A stretch of 32,182 nt of DNA from Lentisphaeria bacterium (GTDB taxonomy: Bacteria > Verrucomicrobiota > Lentisphaeria > Oligosphaerales > Oligosphaeraceae), in the NCBI GenBank assembly GCA_024405235.1, contig JAKSPA010000001.1:1-32182 (forward strand), read 5' to 3'. Numbering within the stretch: the first letter of the stretch is position 1; each line of letters starts with the position of its first letter. Below the pieces are notes generated by a model. The model did not search any database. It had not been told where the DNA came from and saw only the letters and a program-made list of their open reading frames with translations. Shown piece by piece: positions 8,535 to 17,894 of the stretch. The translations under genes were made by a program, and so were the position numbers.

Positions 8535-11500
8535 CTATTTCAGCAGGAACACGCGGGATTCCAAAGCCTGCATGTCGATTGCGAAGGAATCCGCATCCTT
8601 CGCGACCGTCTCGCCAGAATAGACATCGACCACCGTGCACTTACGCGGCAGGGAAATCTTCTTCAAGCCTTTGCTTTTCGCATGGATGCTTATGCAGTTT
8701 GCGCCTGCATAGAGATTGTCTCCAGTCTCCAGATAGACATGAACGCCATTCTCTCTAGCGACCTTGCGGATGTATTCAGGCGAGAGCGCGGCACCGCCGT
8801 AGAAGTAGCTCTTGCCCTTGTTCGCCACCGCGACTGCGCCGCCCTTGACATAGTTGGCGTATGCCTTGGCTTCCTTGTCGCTTACAGTGAAACGCGGCTC
8901 GACGTCATAATCCGCGCCGAAGATCCTGCCGTCTGGCATTCTCACGGAAATGCCGCCCGGCTTGAGCATGGACATCTCCATGCCGATGAGAGAACTCATG
9001 CTCTCGGCTGAGAATCCCTTGTCGTCGATGAAACCAGCGCCATGGACGACTACCGTAGCGACGCCTTTCGCCTTCAGCGCCGCAAACGCGTCGCGAAGTT
9101 CTGGAGTGTCCTTATAGGAATTGAGGAAAAAGACGACCTTGTATTTGCCTGCCGTCTTGACGACGTCGTCCAGAAGAATGATATCGACAGGAGCACCCGC
9201 CTGAGCGAGGGCGAAACGCTGCAATCCAATGCTTTCTCCCGAAATCGGAATCGCACTGCGCAAGGGATTCAGAGTGAGCCGTCCGTCGTATCCGTATATG
9301 CAGGACGAATCGTCTTCGGAGGAATATGTGCTGCGTCGAGTGGTGAGATACTGAATCGCCTCTTCGTCGATGACAGCTGCGATTTCGGTAGGATCGGCGC
9401 CATTCTGCTCCATGATGTACTGTCCGGCCTTCAGAGTCTTTGCGTAGAAATCGTAGAGTTCAGGCGTGGCCATTTCGTCTCCGCCGTGTTCGCCCAATTG
9501 GTTGATAGGCATTCTGTGGCAGAGATACATGCCGACATTGCGTTTGAGAAGCTGCAGTGTCTGCTCCTGATTCAGCGCCTGGTTGTATCCGCACTGGTCG
9601 AGTTTGTGCGTACGCGTATCGTCTTCCATGATGGAGAACTTGTTGGCGATTCTTGCGGCGCCGTATGGCTTCATGTCTGCATTGGGCGCTCCAAGCGCGC
9701 GAATGCTGTATGACTGCGGCGAAAGAAGGAAATCGACATTCGGAGAGGCCAGGATCATTTCAGTCGCGTTATGACCGCCACGATTGGTCGTATTGCCCAT
9801 GTTGGCGTATTCCTGGTGATAGCCGTAGTAGCATCCGACAAGTTTGTTGCCGTCGCAGTTCGCCTTGATTGTTCCGGCTATGCGGTCAATGAAATTAGCG
9901 ATTGCCTCGCTGTAGAAGCGGTCGTAGAGCATCACGTTGGCATCCTTGACGGGATTGCGGAAGATGCCGCCGTCGGAGCGCAGATGCTCCTCTGGAGTCG
10001 GAATATGATCGACTTTTATGCCGCGCGCCGCCGCATATTCGCGGAAGTCGTTCAGGCACCCTTCGCTGTAGTCGGCGAATATCGGACTGTGGCTGTTCCA
10101 GCCCTGCCATTCGCAGGAAATGCCGCCCATGAGATTGTAGATGACAATGCGATTGCCGAAGAACTTCTCGCAGTGCTTTACGAACTGCTCAACCGCCTTC
10201 AGCGTATCCGCCTGGACATCCTTGTCGGAGAAGCGCACCTTCGACACGTAGTAGTCTATTACCGCTTCGCCATTCTGGTCCTTTGAAAGACGTTCCGGAT
10301 ACTTTTCGCTGTACCAGTTGCCTGGATGGCACCACAGATAGATTGCGATTTTGGAATCAGGAAACTGCCTGACAAGACCATCGAGTTCCCAGTCAACAGT
10401 GGTGAAATCATACTGATCGGGACCATACCACCAGCGTTCGGATGCGCCATTGCCGCCGAAACGCGCCGCAACGACGTTGACTGGCGAGTTCTTGCCCTCC
10501 ATTCCGGTTGGAATCGTCCGTTCTGGAATGAACGGATGGATTGTGAAGCAGTTGAAGAAGAATGGCTTTCCGTCAAGCATAGGCGTAGGTCCTGCAGGCG
10601 TCTCTTCGATTTTGAGAACCGCCTGATCGCCTGGATAGGGCTTCAATGAATACTGGACAGGATGGTCATAGCGTTCCGTGTTGGTTCTGCTGCAGACACC
10701 CGCCTTGATTCGTCCGTCCACGGACTCTCCGTAATGCATCTTGAACGCGTCGGGAATCACGATTTCGGTGACGCCGTCTGCGCCGACGCTCTTCTTGAAT
10801 TCGCCGATTCTGCCAATGCGGCCGCCGAGTTCCTCCCATCTGCGCGAGTAGAGAATGACGAATATCTCCTCGTCGTCCGACAACTCTGGAGTCGCCTGAA
10901 TCTTCAGGCGGACAGCGCCGTCAACGACTTCCGCCGCCGTGAAGAGCGCAGTGCCCTTCTTGTCAACTGCGGAATGCCTATCCGCCAGCTTTGAAATCTT
11001 CGGCAGAAGAAGCTTGTTCCAATAGCTGTCAATCACATAACCTTCAGGCGCAAGTCCTTTGGCAATCTTGTCCTTGAGATCGCGCGCCTCAAAGGACTCC
11101 TTCCGTGCCTGCATCTCGGCGCTCAATTTCGGATTGATTAATTCTTTGCCGCCGCCTATCGCCACCAAACTGGACGCGTCGCCGCTGCGATATTTAATCG
11201 CGATTACGTTTCCACCTTTGCGAAGCGAAACCGCGAATGTATGATCCGTCATCTGCGGCGGATAAAACTGATTGCCTTCCGCAAATGTCGAATAAACACT
11301 TTTACCATTAACGAAGCATTCGAACCACCAGTCCGCACCGCAACCCATTTGGTAAACACAATCTTCTTCCGACGCCATCTCGGCGAAAAGCCACGCGCTC
11401 TGACGGTCGTTCGAGACGCCGAAATCCTTCGCCAGATTCATGGCGTTGTTCTCAAGCGTCTTCTCGATGCTTTTCACACCGTTCAGCGTCTCTGGAATGG

Positions 11501-11696
11501 AATTGAACTCCTCAGCGGTCGGTTCGTAATTCAAGCCCGGATTCAAAAAGACATGCCATTTGGATGGGAAGGACGGTTCGGAGGACGATTTCACGCCTGC
11601 ATCCAAATTCTGCCGTGAGCATCCTGTGCACACAAGTAACGTTGATGCGAGCATACCGATAAAAGCAACCAGACTTTTGATGATGTGTTTTGACAT
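8535..11696 (-). CDS. Large secreted lipoprotein, putative glycoside hydrolase (GH42-like barrel plus trimerisation-like C-terminal region) with an N-terminal galactose-binding-like beta-sandwich
   Basis: Lipoprotein signal peptide MSKHIIKSLVAFIGMLASTLLVCTGC (lipobox-like TGC). The stretch GCGADWWFECFVNGKSVY...GGNVIAIKYRSG resembles sugar-binding beta-sandwiches. The middle (WCHPGNWY...) and C-terminal (VVFFLNSY...VVVHGAGFID) regions recall GH42-type enzymes. That the ORF is coding is certain. The function is tentative. Start chosen at M15 (11696). Confidence 0.6.
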   Translation of the reverse strand: MSKHIIKSLVAFIGMLASTLLVCTGCSRQNLDAGVKSSSEPSFPSKWHVFLNPGLNYEPTAEEFNSIPETLNGVKSIEKTLENNAMNLAKDFGVSNDRQSAWLFAEMASEEDCVYQMGCGADWWFECFVNGKSVYSTFAEGNQFYPPQMTDHTFAVSLRKGGNVIAIKYRSGDASSLVAIGGGKELINPKLSAEMQARKESFEARDLKDKIAKGLAPEGYVIDSYWNKLLLPKISKLADRHSAVDKKGTALFTAAEVVDGAVRLKIQATPELSDDEEIFVILYSRRWEELGGRIGRIGEFKKSVGADGVTEIVIPDAFKMHYGESVDGRIKAGVCSRTNTERYDHPVQYSLKPYPGDQAVLKIEETPAGPTPMLDGKPFFFNCFTIHPFIPERTIPTGMEGKNSPVNVVAARFGGNGASERWWYGPDQYDFTTVDWELDGLVRQFPDSKIAIYLWCHPGNWYSEKYPERLSKDQNGEAVIDYYVSKVRFSDKDVQADTLKAVEQFVKHCEKFFGNRIVIYNLMGGISCEWQGWNSHSPIFADYSEGCLNDFREYAAARGIKVDHIPTPEEHLRSDGGIFRNPVKDANVMLYDRFYSEAIANFIDRIAGTIKANCDGNKLVGCYYGYHQEYANMGNTTNRGGHNATEMILASPNVDFLLSPQSYSIRALGAPNADMKPYGAARIANKFSIMEDDTRTHKLDQCGYNQALNQEQTLQLLKRNVGMYLCHRMPINQLGEHGGDEMATPELYDFYAKTLKAGQYIMEQNGADPTEIAAVIDEEAIQYLTTRRSTYSSEDDSSCIYGYDGRLTLNPLRSAIPISGESIGLQRFALAQAGAPVDIILLDDVVKTAGKYKVVFFLNSYKDTPELRDAFAALKAKGVATVVVHGAGFIDDKGFSAESMSSLIGMEMSMLKPGGISVRMPDGRIFGADYDVEPRFTVSDKEAKAYANYVKGGAVAVANKGKSYFYGGAALSPEYIRKVARENGVHVYLETGDNLYAGANCISIHAKSKGLKKISLPRKCTVVDVYSGETVAKDADSFAIDMQALESRVFLLK

Positions 11697-12014
11697 TTCG
11701 CTTGCCATTTTGTTGTTTGCATGAAAAGAAATCGCCATAATTTATCACCTATTCCATGAAACGCAAAAGAGTGCATTTGCGGAACAACTCCAAGATCTCA
11801 AATAGCCGCGTTAACCATAATAATTGCTATCACAGTCAGCGGGTATCGAATTTTCCGCCGATATGTTTTTACCAGCAAATCTATTATGTAATTTGTTATG
11901 CATGAACAATCATCGCGCACATCATCACCTATAATTTAGGGAAATAAAGCAATTATGGTTTATATTACCAATTTTGACATCATAAAAGATCAAAATACAA
12001 CTTTTTCCCAAAAA

Positions 12015-14126
12015 ATGGAAGACTCATCAAAATACTATCTTGGCATAGATATCGGTTCCACCACATTCAAAGCAGTGGTGCTGTCCGAAGACGGTCAGGT
12101 ACTACATACAACGTATCAGCGTACCAAACCCGTTGAGTCCGGAGCCATTGCATGTTCTGGAAGATGCTCCGCCTGCGGACGTTGCAATATGGGCGCCATC
12201 AAGAAGACCGTCAATGAATTTCTCGCAAACGCGGGCCTGACAACCGACATGATTGCATGCACGGTCGTCACTGGAAGCCAAATTGTGGAAGACACGAAAC
12301 GCTTCATCAATTTTGACTTTCAAGTCAGCGAAGTGTCCGCGCACGTGGCAGGCGCAAAGCACTACTATCCTGACGTCAACGCCATCATCGACTGCGGTGG
12401 ACAGGACAGCAAGTGCATGATATACAACGAAAAGATGGGCATGTGGCTTTCCATGATGTCAGGCGTCTGCGCCGCAGGCACAGGAAGCTATCTTGACAGC
12501 GTCGCCGCAAAACTCGGCGTTCCAGTGGAAGAAATTTCGTCAAAGGTGAACTATTCCGCCGATCTGGAATTCAGTTCCGTCTGCGCTGTTCTTTCCGCGA
12601 CATCCATCAACAAATTCAAGAATCGCGTTCCAATCAGCGATCTTCTGGCAGGCGCGTGCCGTGCTCAGGCCAGAACCATCCTCAACGGCGTCGGACAGTT
12701 GCTTCTGCACCAGCCCGGCAAGAAGATTCTCTTCCAGGGCGGCGTCGCCTCCAATCAGGCGGTCGCACACTATCTCCGCGAAATCACTGGCAGTGAAATC
12801 GTCATTCCGGAACACCATCAGGTCATGGGAGCTTTGGGCGCCGCCTGCCTGGCGCGTCAGTTCAATCATCTGAAGGGACAACTTGACACGGCGAAAGTCG
12901 AATACGAACCGACGCCTCAGAAATCCGTTCAGATGCGCGTCAATGCTACCAAACGCGATTTCCTGTCGAGAGACAAGAGCAAGCCGCTCGTCTGGCGCAA
13001 CCTCTTCTTCCCGACCGAGATCCTTCACGCATTCGGCACACGCATTCTGACGTTGGAAACTTACGCCGCACTTTTCGGACGCAATACCAAGCGCGTAAAA
13101 GCGGCGTTGGACATCGCGGCAAGAAAGGGTTTCGACCAACAGACCTGCTCCTTCCTGCGCGTTCTGGAAGGCATGCAGCCCGAAACACCCGCTTTTGCAG
13201 TCTCCACCAGCCAGCCGTGCCAGCAGGGCGAACGCATCTTCGCCGATCTGGCGGGCGATTTGAATTTCGAGGATCGCTACTATTCTCTGCAGACGCCAAT
13301 AGGCAACGACAGCGAAATGGCCGTAGAGCAGATTGCCGAAGGTCTTGAACAGGCCATCAACAAAATGGAAAAGGTCTTCGGAACAAAATTGGACAAAGGC
13401 CGTCTGGAGGAAGCCTGCGATCTATCCAACCAGGCCGCCGAATACTCCCGCAAGTGCAATCAGCTCCGCTGGACTTCACCGCCCCTCATCAGAGGCTCCG
13501 AGGCAGTCTATAATTCCGTAATCTTCAGCCAGCTCTGGGGCAAAAAGGAACTTGTCGACATCCAGAAGGCATACTACGAAGAGCTGCTCCAGAAAAAGGA
13601 ATGGGCCGAAAAGCGCATGAAGATCGAAGATACGCATCGTCTCATCTGGCTGCATCTGCCGCCGTTCTACAATTCCAAATATCTTGATTTCATCGAAAAC
13701 ACATGCAACGCGCCAATCGTCTTCGAAGAGACGAATTTCGTTGGCTGGAAGAATCTTAATCCGATGGATCCGCTGCGTTCGCTCGCCAGAAAGATGCTCT
13801 CCTCCGGCTTCCTTGATCCGCTTCTGCGCGTCAACTATGTAACGAAACTCGCTCAGATTGCGAAATTCACGGGCTGTGTTCTTTACACGCACGGCTTCGG
13901 ACGCTGCAGCATGGCGGACCGTCCTTTCACCAAGCGCCTGCGCGAGGGTCTTGAGAAGATCGGTCTTCCTCTGCTGCTTCTGGAAGGAGACTGCATGGAT
14001 GCATCTATCGATCCATGCTCCACAGTTACCAAGATTTCTTCTTTCGTGGAATCGCTGAATCTCAAGAAATACGGCAACCTCTTCGGCCGCCTTCTCAACG
14101 GCTCAGCAACCGTCCCAAGCCTATAG
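12015..14126 (+). CDS. Fusion protein: BadF/BadG/BcrA/BcrD-type ATPase (2-hydroxyacyl-CoA dehydratase activase-like) plus 2-hydroxyacyl-CoA dehydratase-component-like domain (YjiL-YjiM-like)
   Basis: The N-terminal half has acetate/sugar-kinase-fold activase motifs: YYLGIDIGSTTFKAVV, AIIDCGGQDSKCM, VCAAGTGSYLD, SSVCAVLSATSI and FQGGVASNQAV. The C-terminal roughly 400 aa resembles the HgdB/BcrC/YjiM family (FPTEILHAFG..., HGFGRCSMADRP, EGDCMD). The alternative upstream ATG at 11955 adds 20 AT-rich codons. Confidence 0.82.
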   Translation: MEDSSKYYLGIDIGSTTFKAVVLSEDGQVLHTTYQRTKPVESGAIACSGRCSACGRCNMGAIKKTVNEFLANAGLTTDMIACTVVTGSQIVEDTKRFINFDFQVSEVSAHVAGAKHYYPDVNAIIDCGGQDSKCMIYNEKMGMWLSMMSGVCAAGTGSYLDSVAAKLGVPVEEISSKVNYSADLEFSSVCAVLSATSINKFKNRVPISDLLAGACRAQARTILNGVGQLLLHQPGKKILFQGGVASNQAVAHYLREITGSEIVIPEHHQVMGALGAACLARQFNHLKGQLDTAKVEYEPTPQKSVQMRVNATKRDFLSRDKSKPLVWRNLFFPTEILHAFGTRILTLETYAALFGRNTKRVKAALDIAARKGFDQQTCSFLRVLEGMQPETPAFAVSTSQPCQQGERIFADLAGDLNFEDRYYSLQTPIGNDSEMAVEQIAEGLEQAINKMEKVFGTKLDKGRLEEACDLSNQAAEYSRKCNQLRWTSPPLIRGSEAVYNSVIFSQLWGKKELVDIQKAYYEELLQKKEWAEKRMKIEDTHRLIWLHLPPFYNSKYLDFIENTCNAPIVFEETNFVGWKNLNPMDPLRSLARKMLSSGFLDPLLRVNYVTKLAQIAKFTGCVLYTHGFGRCSMADRPFTKRLREGLEKIGLPLLLLEGDCMDASIDPCSTVTKISSFVESLNLKKYGNLFGRLLNGSATVPSL

Positions 14127-14165
14127 TAGCTTGGTCAATTCAAGTCTCAAAAGGAGGACAACGCC

Positions 14166-14774
14166 ATGGCATCCAAAAGCCTTCCTAAGCCTGATCTGGA
14201 ATTCTGCCTTGAGAGACTTGAAATACCTCTGCGCAAACACATTAGAGAGAGCACGCATATTCTTGATGCGACACTCATTTGGCCGCGCACCGGCATTGCG
14301 AAACGGACGTCCTCCTGCGAGACACGTCTCGAACGCGGCGTCTGTGACAAAGCGTGCGCTCCATGGCACGAAAGAATACTCTTTCAGGAGAGTTGCGAAG
14401 GGCGTTTTGCGCTAAATATCGACTTGACGGTTTCGGTCACGCGCACACAGCTGCGCAAATGGCGCAGAACGATTGCAGGATATGTTGTCAAATCGGCAGG
14501 CGAACTTGCCGATGATTTTGGCGGTTTTGCAGGAGAAGTCGCGGAAGCACCATTAAAGGTTCTTTCAAAGGAGCTGCAGACGGCGAAGGATCCTGAATTA
14601 TATGCCACTGGCGCGATTGATCTAAACGCGTCAGAATATACAGAACTTCCTGAAGGCGGGGCGCTTGTGGAAATTCCGCTCATCTCCGCATTGGATATCA
14701 CGAAGGTCACTCGACGCCTGAAACCGCTTCCTGTCGTGGGAAAGGCATTCGTGCGCATCAACGTCATCGGCTAG
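14166..14774 (+). CDS. Hypothetical protein (202 aa), no recognisable family
   Basis: A strong Shine-Dalgarno sequence, AAGGAGGA (14148-14155), lies about 10 nt upstream of the ATG. The gene starts 39 nt after the fusion gene stop, so it is likely co-transcribed. I recognise no motifs. Confidence 0.6.
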   Translation: MASKSLPKPDLEFCLERLEIPLRKHIRESTHILDATLIWPRTGIAKRTSSCETRLERGVCDKACAPWHERILFQESCEGRFALNIDLTVSVTRTQLRKWRRTIAGYVVKSAGELADDFGGFAGEVAEAPLKVLSKELQTAKDPELYATGAIDLNASEYTELPEGGALVEIPLISALDITKVTRRLKPLPVVGKAFVRINVIG

Positions 14775-14797
14775 TCCGCAATCGTAATCTGCATGCT

Positions 14798-16075
14798 ATG
14801 ACTGCGTCGCGCGAAGAGGCTTTTTTTTCATGGATAGCGTTATTGTTTGCGGCAGTGGTCTTTCTCACGATTCCACTGCACGGCAAAGTGCTTTTTAGCG
14901 AACTGTTCGCTCCATTCATGCTTTATCGCATCTGGAGACAGCGCAAAAGCCTTATGCGTCCGGAATTCATTCCTCTCGGAATCGCATTCTGCTGGATGAT
15001 ATTGGCCACCATCGTGCATATTCTCAATGGCAGCGGAGGCATATACGATCTCGCAGTCTTCCTGTATATGGGCGTGATTTTCGCCTTCTATTCATGCACT
15101 GAATTTCCAAGAGGCAAGTGGTGCGCGATTACGGGCGGATGCCTTCTGACCCTGACCGTAATCGCTTTACTCGCCACCAAATTCTTCAATATAGACGGCA
15201 CCTTCATGGAGGGGTTCCTCTATCACGACATACATTTCGCACGCCTTGAAGACAACGCGCTCGTCACACGTTTTCAATTCCTCTCACCCAATCCTAATCT
15301 TCTAGGCGGCGCTTATGTCATTCCGACTTTGATGCTACTGCCTGCGCTCACAGACGCCTTGAAATCGTCTTCATGGAAAGTTCTCGCATGCGCATGCCTG
15401 CTGACGATTATCGGTATCCTGCCGCTCTTCGCGACTGCCTCCAAGATGTCCGTGATGACCTTCGGACTTCTGGCTGGTGCATTCGCCTCCATACCGTTTC
15501 TGCAACCCACCAAACCACGATTCTGGATGAGCAGCGCCGTCATCGCATTCGGTCTTCTCTGTGTCATAACAGTGCTGTTCAGAACATATCCAGCGCTTCA
15601 AAAGCCACCATACGTGGATTTTTCGCATCGCGGCAACTACTCCGTCCATCAGCAGATTTACGGCAAAATACTGCTGGGCAACGGCATCGGAGGCGCACTT
15701 TTCGGACATTCCGCAACGGAACTGCACGAACTTTATCCCAAATACGCCGACGTTCAGGAGATAACCGAAATTCTCGAACCATACGGATTCGCCCCTGAAG
15801 CGCAGTTGTATTGCGAATTCATGGATCCGCATAACGAATATCTCAACACGATTTCATTCTTCGGCGTGCCCGCGCTGCTGGCGCTTGTCGCATTCATGAT
15901 CACGATGATATGCCACGCCTTCAGAAAAAACGAATTGTCCATGGCGCTTCTCGTCATTGGAGCACTCTTCTGCGGCTTCTGGGAAGACGCAGCATCCAAA
16001 CGCTTTATATGGATCGCTCTTGGAATCGCCGCAAGCAGACTATTCCCGCGTGACAACCTCACCGCATCCAATTAA
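14798..16075 (+). CDS. O-antigen ligase/polymerase-like (Wzy_C family) polytopic membrane protein
   Basis: About 10 or more hydrophobic segments. The family-typical periplasmic-loop motif is followed by DPHNEYLNTISFFGVPALLALVAF. Confidence 0.7.
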   Translation: MTASREEAFFSWIALLFAAVVFLTIPLHGKVLFSELFAPFMLYRIWRQRKSLMRPEFIPLGIAFCWMILATIVHILNGSGGIYDLAVFLYMGVIFAFYSCTEFPRGKWCAITGGCLLTLTVIALLATKFFNIDGTFMEGFLYHDIHFARLEDNALVTRFQFLSPNPNLLGGAYVIPTLMLLPALTDALKSSSWKVLACACLLTIIGILPLFATASKMSVMTFGLLAGAFASIPFLQPTKPRFWMSSAVIAFGLLCVITVLFRTYPALQKPPYVDFSHRGNYSVHQQIYGKILLGNGIGGALFGHSATELHELYPKYADVQEITEILEPYGFAPEAQLYCEFMDPHNEYLNTISFFGVPALLALVAFMITMICHAFRKNELSMALLVIGALFCGFWEDAASKRFIWIALGIAASRLFPRDNLTASN

Positions 16076-16176
16076 GCCGCCGAAAATGCTTTGGCCTCAT
16101 GGATCATTCCACTGAGCAAAACTCAATGGCACAAGCCTGAAATTGGCAGTGAGAGTCTAGAAAAAACAGAAAGTCA

Positions 16177-16287
16177 AGAATGGCCTAGAAAGGCCTAACG
16201 CGTCAGAAATGGCCAATTTTGGGCCTCTTTGGCCAAAAGGTATATATATACGCAAAAGGGGGTGGACATGGCTTCTTGGCCATTTCT
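16177..16287. repeat. Array of AGAA(A/T)(T)GGCC motifs including a perfect 12-bp inverted repeat
   Basis: Direct copies are agaatggcc 16177-16185, agaaaggcc 16187-16195 and agaaatggcc 16205-16214. An inverted copy is ggccatttct 16278-16287. AGAAATGGCCAA (16205-16216) and TTGGCCATTTCT (16276-16287) are exact reverse complements. GGCC cores start at 16182, 16192, 16211, 16222 and 16231, roughly one helical turn apart. Confidence 0.6.
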
Positions 16288-16591
16288 AGCGCTCCTACGC
16301 GATTTCAGCTTTTTTTTCATGCGTTTTCGGGCTCCCGCAGACGCCTTTTGGGCCAGAATCGTCTTAGCGAGCCATCATGCGATTCCGACCGCACAAAACC
16401 TATAAAATAAAAATATATTATAGTAAACGAATCTGTGTTTTCACGCATCGTTTTGCCAGCACCAAGGAGGAGTTTTCCCCACAGCAGAAAGTCGAGGAAA
16501 AGGCCATTTGCTTTCTTTTCCGTTTTGTCCCCCGCAATGTAAAAAGCTCCTGAAATTGCTTTTGCAGTTGCACTTTATAATCGTTTGAATC

Positions 16592-17821
16592 ATGTCATTC
16601 CCAATCGACAATCTCGCAAACAGAATTCCCTTTCTCTGGATCAATCCACACTACGAAGGCACACAGTCGTCCAGCGGCCTTGGCTTGCAAGACATGCTTG
16701 ATGCAGAAGCACGTTTGGCACGATTCGCCCCCCTTCTTGCCGAACTCTTTGACGAAGCCGCCGAACGACACGGCATCATCGAATCGGAACTTCTGGAAAT
16801 ACCTAAACTGTCGCAAGAATTGCTTCCTGGCGCACGAATCCTTCTGAAAGGTGACCACGATCTTCCTGTGGCAGGCTCAGTCAAAGCCCGTGGCGGCATC
16901 TACAACGTTCTTTGCTTTGCTGAAAACCTGGCTCTTGAGAACAATATCATGCCCATCGGTGGCAATACACGCCTGCTGAATACGGAAAAGGCACGTGCTC
17001 TTTTCAAAAAATACACGGTTTCAGTGGGCAGCACCGGCAATCTCGGACTCAGCATCGGAACCATCGCCGCCGCCATGGGCTTCAAAGCAAGAGTCCATAT
17101 GTCTTCCGACGCAAAGGAATGGAAGAAGCAACTTCTTCGCTCTAGAGGCGCCGAAGTCATCGAATATGACGGCGACTACTCTTCAGCCGTCAAGCAGGGG
17201 CGCGAAGAATCCCAATTGGATCCGTTTGCATATTTTGTCGACGATGAAAACTCCCGCGAATTGTTTTTGGGATATTCAGTAGCGGCCTTCCGTTTGCGCG
17301 CCCAGTTGAAATTAAGGGGTATCCAGCCAGATGAACGCCATCCATTGTTCATCTATCTGCCATGTGGAGTCGGCGGAGCACCAGGCGGTCTCTGCTTCGG
17401 ATTGAATGCGCTGTTCGGCAAAGCCGTTCGCTGCTTCTTTGCGGAGCCACTGGAAGCGCCTTGCATGACTCTCGGCTTGATTACTGGCAAACATGACGCC
17501 ATCAGCGTTTACGATATCGGACTTACAAACCATACCTCTGCCGATGGCTTGGCCGTAGGACGGCCCTCGGCCTTCGTAGGTCGCGCAATCGAAAATATCG
17601 TCAGCGGGTGCTTCACGGTAAGCGACGAATCCCTTGCCGCATTCGCACGCCAGGCGAAAACGCTGGAAGGACTCAAAATCGAGCCATCCGCCGCAGCAGG
17701 TTTTCCAGGCCCAGCAATGGTCTGCGAATCAGATTATTGCAGCAATCATGGAATTGCGCCGGAAAATGTCACGCACATCCTGTGGACAACTGGCGGGCGC
17801 TATCTGCCTGATGTTCCATGA
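16592..17821 (+). CDS. dsdA: D-serine ammonia-lyase (D-serine dehydratase), PLP-dependent
   Basis: Near-collinear similarity to E. coli DsdA as I recall it: PLP-lysine motif GSVKARGGIY, then VGSTGNLGLSIG, VHMSSDAKEWKK, DDENSRELFLGYSVAA, YLPCGVGGAPGG, FFAEP, SADGLAVGRPS and LWTTGG. Confidence 0.93.
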   Translation: MSFPIDNLANRIPFLWINPHYEGTQSSSGLGLQDMLDAEARLARFAPLLAELFDEAAERHGIIESELLEIPKLSQELLPGARILLKGDHDLPVAGSVKARGGIYNVLCFAENLALENNIMPIGGNTRLLNTEKARALFKKYTVSVGSTGNLGLSIGTIAAAMGFKARVHMSSDAKEWKKQLLRSRGAEVIEYDGDYSSAVKQGREESQLDPFAYFVDDENSRELFLGYSVAAFRLRAQLKLRGIQPDERHPLFIYLPCGVGGAPGGLCFGLNALFGKAVRCFFAEPLEAPCMTLGLITGKHDAISVYDIGLTNHTSADGLAVGRPSAFVGRAIENIVSGCFTVSDESLAAFARQAKTLEGLKIEPSAAAGFPGPAMVCESDYCSNHGIAPENVTHILWTTGGRYLPDVP

Positions 17822-17849
17822 TTCAACATATTGCTTAGCTGTCGAAAGC

Positions 17850-17881
17850 AAAAAAGCGCTCTTGCTTAACCACAAGGGCGC
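17850..17881 (-). terminator. Rho-independent terminator downstream of the phosphatase gene
   Basis: On the minus strand, stem GCGCCCTTG/CAAGAGCGC (plus coordinates 17856-17864 and 17873-17881, one mismatch) has an 8-nt loop and is followed by U6 (A-run 17850-17855 on plus). It lies 14 nt after the stop at 17895. Confidence 0.55.
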
Positions 17882-17894
17882 AAGCTCTTCAGCG

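Noticed and set aside
16219-16410. 63-aa TTG-initiated ORF in the dsdA upstream gap. Also a 41-aa minus-strand ORF at 16195-16320 (MKKKLKSRRSARNG...).
   Set aside because: Neither has a convincing ribosome-binding site. Both are built from the GGCC repeat units and look like by-products of the repeat array.
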